From Candidatus Entotheonellaceae bacterium (GTDB lineage Bacteria > Tectomicrobia > Entotheonellia > Entotheonellales > Entotheonellaceae): a stretch of 64,000 bases of DNA. This document shows positions 1-8,569 of this stretch, piece after piece; position 1 is the first letter of the stretch; each line of letters opens with the position of its first letter. Below the pieces are notes generated by a model, which had not been told where the DNA came from, did no database searches, and saw only the letters and a program-made list of their open reading frames with translations. The stretch covers positions 2,880,001 through 2,944,000 of the forward strand of contig OZ250173.1 in assembly GCA_965238075.1 (NCBI GenBank), read 5' to 3'. A program made the position numbers and the translations under genes.

Positions 1-481
1 TTTCGAGCCATTGCATCTCGCCGTGCGACAGCGCCCCGGCTTTGTTTTGGGCTTTCTGTTCCAACCCCAGGGTCTGCAAAGTCGAATTAATTTTGTCGGT
101 ATGGCTGCGGGTCAGGGCACCGAACAGGGTTGCCATCACGTCGCGGCGGAAGCGCAGGGCGAGGGTGAGATTGTCGATGAGCGTGAGATTCTTGAAAACG
201 GTGGGAGTCTGGAATTTACGCCCGATGCCCAGCAAGGTGATCTCGTGTTCCTCAAGTTTGCTGAGGTCGGTTCGCTGGCCGAAGACGACGCGCCCGGTAT
301 CCGGCTTGGCTCTGCCGCAGATGACGTCTAGCAAGGTCGTTTTGCCGGCCCCGTTGGGACCGATCAAGGCGCGCAGCTCGCCGTGGTCCACGTAAAAATC
401 GACCTCTTTCAGCGCCTGGAAGCCGTCGAACGTGACGGTGATGTCCTCGAGGTACATGATGGTGCCGCGTTGTTGTTCCAT
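1..481 (-). CDS. urtD: Urea/amide ABC transporter ATP-binding subunit (runs off the window edge)
   Basis: Manual translation from ATG 481: MEQQRGTIMYLEDITVTFDGF...LIGPNGAGKTT (Walker A)...GIGRKFQTP...LSHGEMQWLE; follows urtC. Confidence 0.9.
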   Translation of the reverse strand, partial: MEQQRGTIMYLEDITVTFDGFQALKEVDFYVDHGELRALIGPNGAGKTTLLDVICGRAKPDTGRVVFGQRTDLSKLEEHEITLLGIGRKFQTPTVFKNLTLIDNLTLALRFRRDVMATLFGALTRSHTDKINSTLQTLGLEQKAQNKAGALSHGEMQWLE

Positions 482-494
482 GTGTCGCTCCCTG

Positions 495-1658
495 TCAGTC
501 GTCGGACCGGCTAACGGTTGACGCCGGCTGCTCGCTCGGGCGTGGCACCGGTTCTGGGCGACGGGCCGGAGCGCCGGCAAGCCGAGCGCGCAGCCGCCGG
601 ATGCCCCGGCGGCACTGGCTGGGGATGCCGACGATGCCATCGGGGAAGAACAAGACGACGGCCACGAACAGACCGCCCAGGATCACCGGCCACCATTCCG
701 GAAAGCGAGTCGTCAGAACGCTGCGTGCCGCATTGATGCCCACCGCACCGATGATCGCACCGATGAGGCTGTTACGCCCGCCGGTTGCGACCCAGACGAC
801 GATTTCCAGCGACGGCAACACCCCGATCTGACTGGGCGTGATAATACCGACTTGCGGCACATACAAAGCGCCCGCCAAGCCGCCCAACGCCGCGGCCACG
901 GCAAAAATGAAGATCTTGTACGAGGCGACCGGATAGCCCAGAAACCGCAGGCGCTGTTCCTGGTCGCGCATGGCGGTCAGCACCAGCCCCATTTTCGAGC
1001 CCACCAGCCAGCGGCAGATGAAAAAACTGACGACGAGCAGAAGCGCGGTGCACAGGTACAACCCGCGTTGTGTGCTCGGCTCGCTCAGCGGATAACCCAG
1101 CACGCTCTTGAAATCCGTGAGACCGTTCGTGCCGCCGAGGTTGAGTTCGTTGCGGTTGAACATCAGCCACGTGGCGAAAGCCATGGCCTGGGTCAGAATG
1201 GCGAAGTAGGTGCCGCCGACGCGCCGCCGAAACGTCAGAAAGCCGATAATGGTGGCGGCTACGACCGGCAACAGCAGGGCCGCGGCCAGGGCGAAGGGCA
1301 GGGAGTGGAAGGGTTTCCAGTACAACGGCAGCTGGGTCACCTGGTTCCACACCATGAAGTCGGGAACGGCCTCTCCGTACACGCCTTTGCCGCTCGATTC
1401 GAGCATCAGGTACATGCCGAATGAGTAGGCGCCAATGCCGAAGAAGATGGCTTGCCCCAGACTCAAGATGCCGGAGAACCCCCAGATGAGGGCCATGCCC
1501 ATGGCCAGTATGGACAGCGACAGGTATTTACCGAACAGGTTGAGGTAGTAGTCGGAGATGTGCCCGGAGGCGTTCAGCAGCGGCAAGCCGATAAGCAGAA
1601 TAACTGCGAGCAGGGTGCCTGGCAGCAGCGCTTCTTTCCAAGCTGAGGTGGGTTTCAT
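495..1658 (-). CDS. urtC: Urea ABC transporter permease
   Basis: LivM-type permease, WG.SG.LSLGQ..FFG.GAY, VPDFM.W, GGTNG motifs; operon position. Confidence 0.9.
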   Translation of the reverse strand: MKPTSAWKEALLPGTLLAVILLIGLPLLNASGHISDYYLNLFGKYLSLSILAMGMALIWGFSGILSLGQAIFFGIGAYSFGMYLMLESSGKGVYGEAVPDFMVWNQVTQLPLYWKPFHSLPFALAAALLLPVVAATIIGFLTFRRRVGGTYFAILTQAMAFATWLMFNRNELNLGGTNGLTDFKSVLGYPLSEPSTQRGLYLCTALLLVVSFFICRWLVGSKMGLVLTAMRDQEQRLRFLGYPVASYKIFIFAVAAALGGLAGALYVPQVGIITPSQIGVLPSLEIVVWVATGGRNSLIGAIIGAVGINAARSVLTTRFPEWWPVILGGLFVAVVLFFPDGIVGIPSQCRRGIRRLRARLAGAPARRPEPVPRPSEQPASTVSRSDD

Positions 1659-1676
1659 GGTCGCGGTTGACCTTCC

Positions 1677-3350
1677 TTATCGCAGCGCCCCTGCGGCCGT
1701 GCGTTCCTTGGCCGGGAAGAGACCCGTGGGTCTGATCTGCAGGAAAATGATGACCAGCACGAGAATGCTGACCTTGGCGTAAACGGCGGCGGCGGTGCCG
1801 GCGATCAGCGGCTCCAGAAGTTTGTTCGACATGCCGATGACGCCGGACGCCAGGACCGTGCCGAACAGTTTGCCGACCCCGCCCAGCACCACGACCATGA
1901 ATGAATCGACAATATAGGTCTTGCCTACCTCCGGGTCCACAGTGCCGATGAGGCTCAAAGCGCAACCCGCCAGCCCCGCCAAAGCGGTACCGAGCGCGAA
2001 GGTGAAGGCGTCAACTTTGCGTGTGGAAATGCCGATGCAGGCGGCCATGTCGCGATTCTGCATCACCGAACGGATGCGCAGGCCGACGTTGGAGCGATAC
2101 AGCAGCAGATACACCATGGCAAGGGCGAACACCGACAGGGCAATGATGAAGAGCCGGCTATAGGGGAAAATGAGCCCTGGCATGACCTCCCAGCCACCGC
2201 GAAACCAGGTGGGCGGACTGACGCTCGTTTGATCACCGAAATAAAGACGCGCGCCCTGTTGCAGCACCATGCCGATACCCCACGTGATGAGTAGGCTTTC
2301 GAGCGGGCGGCCATACAGGAAACGCAGGATGCCGCGTTCCATCAACAGGCCGACACAGCCCGCCGTTAGGATGGATAAGGGCAGAGCAAAGATGAAGTAA
2401 TAGTCAAGATAATCCGGCAGGTGTGAGGTGAAGAATTCTTGCAGCACGTAGGCGGTGTACGAGCCGATCATCAGCATTTCGCCATGCGCCATGTTGATGA
2501 TGCCCATCAGTCCGAAGGTAATCGCGAGTCCCAGGCTCATGATCAGCAGGACGGAGGCAAGACTCACGCCGTTGAAGATGTAGCCGACGCTGTTGCGAAC
2601 AAGCAGAAAATTCTCAATGGTTTCGACGGCTCCGATGACCGCGGCCCGTACTTGGGGGTCGGGCTCCTGCTGGCGCATTTCGCGTAAGCGGCTCAGCGCG
2701 GCTTCCGAGCGCCTGTCACCGAAGTAGTTGACGGCCGCGCGCCGTGCCTGCGCTTCCGGCGCGAACAATTGCAATTTGTTGACGGCCTCGATGAGGACGT
2801 TACGCACCACGGTATCCGGTTCCGCGTCGCGCGCCTTTGTCAGGATGGGAATGAGGGATACGTCGCGCATATTCCCCAGGCGCAGAGCGGTCGAGCGCCG
2901 CGCACCCGGATCCGATGCAAAAAGTGCGATAACGTCAAGAGCGCGTTGCACTAGCGGGATGTTTTCTTCCTCTAAGGGGACCTGCTCAAGACCCTCCTCG
3001 GGGAAAATGGCCTCACCGGCGTCGTCGAGCAGCGGGGTGCCGGCGAGGTCTACAAAAACCCCATCGTCGGTGAAGATGAGGAAGCCTTCCGGCCAGCGAT
3101 ACAGGGCGCCTTCCTTCAGGGCCTGGAGCAGGCCCCGGAAGGCCGGGTCGGCGAGGTCACGGATGTGCTCGAGGGTGGCCCGCTGGGTAGCGAGCGTGGC
3201 GAGGTCCTGGGCATAGTCGGCGGGCGTGTCCGCCGCGACCGACGCGTTGGGCAACGCGCCGCCGGCACAGCACACGACCAGCAGGAAGGTCAGGATGCGT
3301 AACAATTCAGGTCTCCGCGTGCTTGAAATAGTTACGGGGGAATCCCTCAA
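1677..3350 (-). CDS. urtB: Urea ABC transporter permease with N-terminal HEAT-like extension
   Basis: GLAITFGLMGIINMAHGE, YGRPLESLL.TWG, IVDSFMVVVLGGVG motifs. Confidence 0.9.
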   Translation of the reverse strand: MRDSPVTISSTRRPELLRILTFLLVVCCAGGALPNASVAADTPADYAQDLATLATQRATLEHIRDLADPAFRGLLQALKEGALYRWPEGFLIFTDDGVFVDLAGTPLLDDAGEAIFPEEGLEQVPLEEENIPLVQRALDVIALFASDPGARRSTALRLGNMRDVSLIPILTKARDAEPDTVVRNVLIEAVNKLQLFAPEAQARRAAVNYFGDRRSEAALSRLREMRQQEPDPQVRAAVIGAVETIENFLLVRNSVGYIFNGVSLASVLLIMSLGLAITFGLMGIINMAHGEMLMIGSYTAYVLQEFFTSHLPDYLDYYFIFALPLSILTAGCVGLLMERGILRFLYGRPLESLLITWGIGMVLQQGARLYFGDQTSVSPPTWFRGGWEVMPGLIFPYSRLFIIALSVFALAMVYLLLYRSNVGLRIRSVMQNRDMAACIGISTRKVDAFTFALGTALAGLAGCALSLIGTVDPEVGKTYIVDSFMVVVLGGVGKLFGTVLASGVIGMSNKLLEPLIAGTAAAVYAKVSILVLVIIFLQIRPTGLFPAKERTAAGALR

Positions 3351-3377
3351 GGAACTCCCCCGCGCACAGATCTTTAT

Positions 3378-4730
3378 TTATCGCTGAGACAGCCAGGCGC
3401 GGTCGCCATTCACCATATCATAGGTTCCCAGGCCGTCGCCGCTCCAATCGCAGGCCCGACCGGGATAGGTCAACTCGCTCCACGGCAGGGGCCGCACCCA
3501 CTCCTTGCTCTTCCACACGACGTCGAACTGACCATCTTCGCGGATTTTGCCGATGTAGACCGGCTTCCAGGTGTGATGGTTCTTCTCGTCGACCTTGTAA
3601 TTGCCGACGGGGCTGCTGACCGTCAGACCTTCCAGCGCCTTCAGAACCGGTTCGACGTCCGTGCTGCCGGCCTTCTCGACGGCCTGGGCCCACAGTTTGA
3701 CGTGCGTGTAGGCGTGCATCATCGGATCATCGGTCACGCACTGTTTGTCGGGGATGCCGCGCTTTTCGCACCATTTCTTGTACGCTTTCACCCACTTGAA
3801 GTTCTGCGGGGACTTCAGCGACATGTAGTAGTTCCAGGAAGCGAGATGGCCGGCCAGGGGCTTGACGTCCAGGGTCTGCAATTCGACCTCGGCAAAGCTG
3901 AACGAAATCACCGGACAGGTGTCGGCCGTGATGCCCTGATTGGCCAGTTCCTTGAAGAACGGCACATTGCTGTCGCCGTTGATGGTGTTGATCACAGCGC
4001 CATCACCGCCGGCACAGAAGCTTTTGATCTTGCCAACGATGGTCTGGTAATCCTGATGGTGAAACGGCGTGTATTCCTCAGCGATGCCGTCCTCCATGAC
4101 GCCCTTGGCCTTGGTGAGGTAGAGCCGCAGGATTTTGTTCGTGGTGCGCGGATAGACGTAGTCCGTACCTATAAGGTAGAAGCGCTTTTTGCCGCCGCCT
4201 TCCGGGCTCATCAGGTAATCCACCGCGGGAGAGGCTTGCTGGTTGATGGTCGCACCGGTATAGATGACGTTCTTGGAGCACTCTTCACCCTCGTACTGGA
4301 CAGGGTAGAAAAGGAGGCCGTTGTACTGCTCAAACACCGGCAGCACGGACTTGCGGCTGACCGAGGTCCAACAGCCAAAAACCGTCGCCACCTCATCTTG
4401 CGTTAGGAGCTTTTTGGCCTTTTCGGCAAAGAGGTCCCAATTCGAGGCGGGATCTTCCACGATCGGCTCGACAGGGCGCCCCAACACCCCACCAGCCTCG
4501 TTAATTTCCTCGATGGCCATGAGGATAATTTCCTTGAGGGGTCCCTCGCTGATGGCCATGGTGCCGCTCAGCGAATGCAACACGCCTACTTTGATGGGCT
4601 CCTGTGCCATGGCGCCGGTGCCCATCAGTCCCGCCAACAGGATAAGCGAGAGCCCGAGGGTGCAGGCCGTGCGTTTCACGGCCTGCCATTTGTGCGTGCG
4701 GGCCCAGCCCGCGGTGTGCAAGTTGGTCAC
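3378..4730 (-). CDS. urtA: Urea ABC transporter substrate-binding protein
   Basis: Signal peptide; IKVGVLHSLSGTMAISE, FGCWTSVSRKSVLP, LFYPVQYEG, GTDYVYPRTTN motifs. Confidence 0.92.
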   Translation of the reverse strand: MTNLHTAGWARTHKWQAVKRTACTLGLSLILLAGLMGTGAMAQEPIKVGVLHSLSGTMAISEGPLKEIILMAIEEINEAGGVLGRPVEPIVEDPASNWDLFAEKAKKLLTQDEVATVFGCWTSVSRKSVLPVFEQYNGLLFYPVQYEGEECSKNVIYTGATINQQASPAVDYLMSPEGGGKKRFYLIGTDYVYPRTTNKILRLYLTKAKGVMEDGIAEEYTPFHHQDYQTIVGKIKSFCAGGDGAVINTINGDSNVPFFKELANQGITADTCPVISFSFAEVELQTLDVKPLAGHLASWNYYMSLKSPQNFKWVKAYKKWCEKRGIPDKQCVTDDPMMHAYTHVKLWAQAVEKAGSTDVEPVLKALEGLTVSSPVGNYKVDEKNHHTWKPVYIGKIREDGQFDVVWKSKEWVRPLPWSELTYPGRACDWSGDGLGTYDMVNGDRAWLSQR

Positions 4731-4792
4731 GATGTTCTCCTTAGTAGCTTGAACGAGACAATGCTGCGGACTTTCGATGCTTGTCTAATGAC

Positions 4793-4809
4793 AGCAATTT
4801 GCATGCCAA
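4793..4809 (-). promoter_or_regulatory. Sigma-54 (-24/-12) promoter of the urt operon
   Basis: Minus strand TTGGCATGCAAATTGCT, exact GG-N10-GC spacing, about 60 bp upstream of urtA. Confidence 0.8.
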
Positions 4810-4907
4810 CTGCGGATGGGGATGCCAAAGCCGTTGTCTGGGGCTGTCCGCCTTGGGTGCGAGACGCGGTAAGGAGTGACCAGCACTCTCTAAGGATGGC
4901 ATTAAAG

Positions 4908-4924
4908 TAACAACGGGATTGTTA
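4908..4924. promoter_or_regulatory. Palindromic candidate activator site TAACAA-N5-TTGTTA
   Basis: Perfect 6-bp inverted repeat about 100 bp upstream of the sigma-54 motif. Confidence 0.4.
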
Positions 4925-5015
4925 GGCGAGGGACCATTTTTGTACGAATCGACATCTTTGTAAGTTTTGGTTTCCTTAAGGTGAGGCCCCGTGGATTGGG
5001 AGGCACCTCAGGGTG

Positions 5016-6287
5016 TCAAAGCAAGTCGAGGCTGGGCGTGATGACCAGATGCAGGCGTCGATGGGCCTCGCGCAGGGTCTGTTCGACCGCCTGTGGGGTT
5101 TCACCGCGGGCAAAAATGAACCCGGGGTAACTGGCGCCCTCGGGGAAGGGCTGGAGTTTCTCATGCGGCTTGGCGGTGATCACAACATCTTCGATGCCGG
5201 GAAGGCTGAGTGCCGCGTCCAGGCCCGTCACATGTTTGAAAAAACCAGCGCGGGGAATGGGTAGCATCATAGTTCCGGCAGCAGCCTGCTCGCGTTTCAG
5301 AGAGGGCAGAGGGAGGCCGCACGCGTGACGGATGAGCAGCTCTTCAAGGGACATCCCGGTCCCAAAGCGCAGCGAGCGGCTTCACAAGCCGCCGATGGGC
5401 CGGGCGGCGAGTTCGAGGAGCCAGGGGCCTTGGCCGTTGACCCGAAATTCGGCGTGCAAAGGACCGTGGCAGAGACCCAGGGTAAGGGCTGCCTGTTCGG
5501 CGCAGCGGACGATCTCGGCCTGCAGGTCCGCACTGAGACGGGAAGGGGTGATGTAGAGGGTTTCTTCAAAAAAAGGACCGTTCAGCGGGTCGGGCTTATC
5601 AAACAGGGCCAACGGTTGCAGACGGCCCGCGGTTAACAGACCTTCCAGGGCGACCTCGGCACCGGGAATGAAACTTTCGATGAGGATCCCTTCGTTGGCT
5701 TCATCTTGTTTCTGGCGTATTTCATGCCGTTCCAGCAAGGCGCGCAACCGAAGGAAGGCGGCAATAAATTCGGCCGGGGTATTGGCCCGCATGACACCGC
5801 GACTCGCCGACAGGGCGAGCGGCTTAACGACACATGGGTACGGAACCTCGTGTTGCACGAGACGGGGGTCGGTTTGCATCGGGAAACACATAAAAGCCGG
5901 CACTTGCGCAAAAGTCGCCTGCAGGCGCTGGCGCATGAGGTATTTGTTGTGGCTGGACAGCACGGCGTCCGGTGGATTGTGCAGCAAACCCAACTCGCGG
6001 CTCGCTTTCGCGGCGCTGAGAAGAGGGGTGTCACCCACGGGGAGAATGGCGGCGACGGGTTGCTGCCCAGCAACATCGACGATGCGCCGTGCGGCTTCCT
6101 GTGGGCGCTCAAACCGTAGCGGCACGGCATCGTCTTCCCAGGGATCGTCCAGAACATCACAGCGGTCGCTGCCGAGCACCGTTTCCACGCCGAGTTGCTG
6201 AGCCGTCCGTATGAATTCTCGTGCCTCATACCCTGTCGTCGTATACAGGAGCATGAGCCGGGAACGGCCGACGTCGGGTGTTGTCAT
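5016..6287 (-). CDS. ATP-grasp (L-amino-acid-ligase-like) protein, probable selenoprotein, 423 aa, UGA 5382-5384 read as Sec
   Basis: Track ORFs 5382..6656 and 5016..5354 share a frame and are separated by one TGA (ELAARPIGGL-U-SRSLRFG); NKYLMR, YPCVVKP..LSASRGV, ESFIPG.E, HAEFR motifs; SECIS-like hairpin follows. Confidence 0.8.
5348..5363 (-). promoter_or_regulatory. Candidate bacterial SECIS for the ATP-grasp UGA
   Basis: GGGAC-CGGGAU-GUCCC upper stem-loop, loop 23 nt after UGA, with an extendable lower stem (GCUGCGCUUU/GAAGAGCUGC). Confidence 0.6.
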
Positions 6288-6339
6288 CCTGATTTCCCCA
6301 GACTGTGCGCATGGCCAGAGTACCAAGAAGACCTTGGTT

Positions 6340-7740
6340 CTAGAACGGAGCAACCTGCTCCTCGGTGGGTTCCGCTCAACAATACCACGGTTCATCAAGG
6401 TAAGGAACGGGCCCACGGGCTGGCGGGGCAACGGGGGCAGGCACCAGCGGAGCGGGAATTTGGGCGGCCTTGTGGGCGGCGTGCCAGAGGCGTTCAAATA
6501 TCTCATAGCGGCCGGCGCCTTCCGTCTCACCGCTTTGGACCAATTGGAGCGCCTCCGTGCAGAGGCCATCCATCCGTACGTCGGGATGTTCCCAGCGGTA
6601 CGACAGGGCGTCGGCGTCGAATTCCCGCAGCGACAGACCCATTTCGGGCAGGTCAAGCAGTTTGGAGCCGTCAGGGATCAGCAAGCGCATGGCGAGTTGG
6701 ATGGGTGCGACGTGTTCGATCAGACCTTGCGTGGCGATTACGGTCAGTAAGTCGATATAGTCGGGCAAAAAGGTCCAGGGCATGAAGGCGACAAAGGTCG
6801 GATTGAGGCAAATTTCGGCTTGCCTGCACCGGGCCAGAGCCTGGAGAAAATCCTGTCGGGTGTGGCCTTTATCGAGCAGACGCAGAACGCCATCCTGGAC
6901 GGACTCCACGGCGCTCGTCACCATCAGGCAGCCGGTTTGGCGGAGGGTGGGCAGATGCTCGTCATACCGCAACAGGTGTTCTATCTTGATGGTGACGTCG
7001 TAGGTGAGGCTGGGGAACTCCCGGTGCAGGTCATGCACCAACGGCACGGCGTGGCCGATACCGTTGAAAAAATCGGGGTCGCCAAAGGTCACGTGCTCGG
7101 CGCCGGCCGCGACCTGGCGCCGGATATCTTCCAGGACGACGTCCCTCTGCACGATGCGAAAACGGCCCTCATAGACCGGCACGATCGGACAATGGCGACA
7201 GAAGTGTTTGCAGCCGCGGCTGGCTTCCGTGTAGCCGACGACGTGTGACCGCTCGCCTATTTTGAGTTGGGCGTAAACTGGCAGGGGGGGTAAATCGCGC
7301 CGATCAGGTACCTGAAACTGTTGGCGATCCAGGGAAGTGACGACTTCCGGCTGTTGGGCAGGGGGTGTGGAATCTGTCTGAAGGCGTTGCACGAGTCGTA
7401 ACAGCCCAGATTCAAATTCCCCACCGAGCAGGGTGGCGGCCCCCAGTTCGCGTAACAATCGGTCATTCATGGGGGCGTAAAGGCCATAGAAGCAGAGGTG
7501 AGCTTGCGGGTTAAGGGTCTTGACATGTTTCGCAACCTGGATGGCAATCCGCGTTGCGGTGTGCATGGGGATGTAGAAGGCCACAAGGTCGGCCGCCAGA
7601 ATGGCCTCACGGTCCAGGCGACTGCGTGACAAATCCTGGCACCGAACCGTCGCTCCTGCCTGTCGTAGCCAAGCGGCAGGGGAAGCCAGGCCAAAAGGCT
7701 GCCGTCCCAATTCATAGGTTGCGAGGAGTACAACACGCAC
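6340..7740 (-). CDS. CUAEP-tail B12-binding-like/radical SAM selenoprotein, 466 aa, UGA 6376-6378 read as Sec
   Basis: GTG start MRVVLLATYELGRQP; CxxxCxxC motif (GCKHFCRHC); C-terminus reads EPWYC-U-AEPTEEQVAPF-TAG, matching the CUAEP/CCAEP-tail family name. Confidence 0.88.
6347..6361 (-). promoter_or_regulatory. Candidate bacterial SECIS for the radical SAM UGA
   Basis: GGAGCA-GGU-UGCUCC 6-bp hairpin, G-starting loop 20 nt after UGA; GAAC/GUUC lower stem. Confidence 0.7.
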
Positions 7741-7771
7741 CGTGGCCACCCTAACGGATGCCGCTCTCAAG

Positions 7772-8092
7772 CTAGCCCTTGCCCATTGGCGGAACGTACC
7801 CTGGCGGCAGGGCAGCGCCTTCGCCGAAAAAGAATTCTTCCATTTGCTGACGGATGAACTCGTCGGCTTGTGGGTCCATGACATTCAGACGGTATTCATT
7901 TAGAATCATCGTCAGGAAGCCTTTCCACAATTCCCAAGCCTCCATGGAGATGTTTTCATAGATACGTTGACGTAATTCAGCCCCTCCCATCGATTCAGTC
8001 ATTTCCAAGGCAATGCCGCCCTGAAGATCGTCCTCATCAATACCAGGAGCCTCTTTTTGAAGCTTTGTGCAGTAGACGAATCGTTGCGTCAT
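7772..8092 (-). CDS. yggX: Fe(II)-trafficking / oxidative damage protection protein (YggX family)
   Basis: N-terminal V.C.KL.KEA.G, RIYENIS.EAW..W...TM.LNEYRL, MEEFFFG. Confidence 0.85.
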   Translation of the reverse strand: MTQRFVYCTKLQKEAPGIDEDDLQGGIALEMTESMGGAELRQRIYENISMEAWELWKGFLTMILNEYRLNVMDPQADEFIRQQMEEFFFGEGAALPPGYVPPMGKG

Positions 8093-8112
8093 GGTTGAAC
8101 CTTTTCTCCCTG

Positions 8113-8421
8113 TCAGGCACCATCGTCTGCCGTTTCAGACGTTTCCACCGCTTTACTGTCACCCTTGAGGGTGCCGTTGCCGGAAATTGCGGTGGGGACA
8201 GGAGGGGCGCTCTCAGGCGGAGGGGCAGACTCAAAAGAGAGATGGCCAGCGGCAATTTCACGAACCGCGATGGTAAAAAAGCTGTCTGCCTCCTCAGGTG
8301 GTACCTGCGGCCGGGCGCCGTGCTGGAGTTGACGGATGCGTTTGGCGATCAGCATGGTCGTATGGTAGCGGTTTCCTACCACTTTAATGGCGGCATCAAG
8401 AAGAGCGTGCTGCTGTCTCAA
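8113..8421 (-). CDS. rpoZ: RNA polymerase omega subunit
   Basis: GNRY...MLIAKR.RQL..GA.P...TIAVREIA.G motif; TTG start at 8421 after GGAGGA is an estimate. Confidence 0.8.
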   Translation of the reverse strand: MRQQHALLDAAIKVVGNRYHTTMLIAKRIRQLQHGARPQVPPEEADSFFTIAVREIAAGHLSFESAPPPESAPPVPTAISGNGTLKGDSKAVETSETADDGA

Positions 8422-8569
8422 GAGATTCCTCCCGGAGCGTGCTCCGCGAACTAAGAGACCAATTGTGGTGATCAAGGCTCCACTATAACATGCGCATTGA
8501 AATTCTTGCCACCTGTACGGGCAATCCTTTTGAGCGGCATTTTACATTGAGCGGGTGCTGCAGGGACAC

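Noticed and set aside
2600..3350. HEAT-like N-terminal extension of UrtB as a novel fusion
   Set aside because: Long N-terminal periplasmic extensions are common in UrtB proteins
1..4730. Visibly higher GC in the urt operon than in the ribosomal cluster, as a sign of horizontal transfer
   Set aside because: Not quantified; no integrase, att site or IS at the boundary, and ribosomal operons often differ in composition
6288..6656. Long N-terminal extension of the ATP-grasp ORF, or a precursor peptide there
   Set aside because: Overlaps the radical SAM C-terminus in another frame; ATG 6287 has a purine-rich RBS; I found no convincing RiPP precursor nearby
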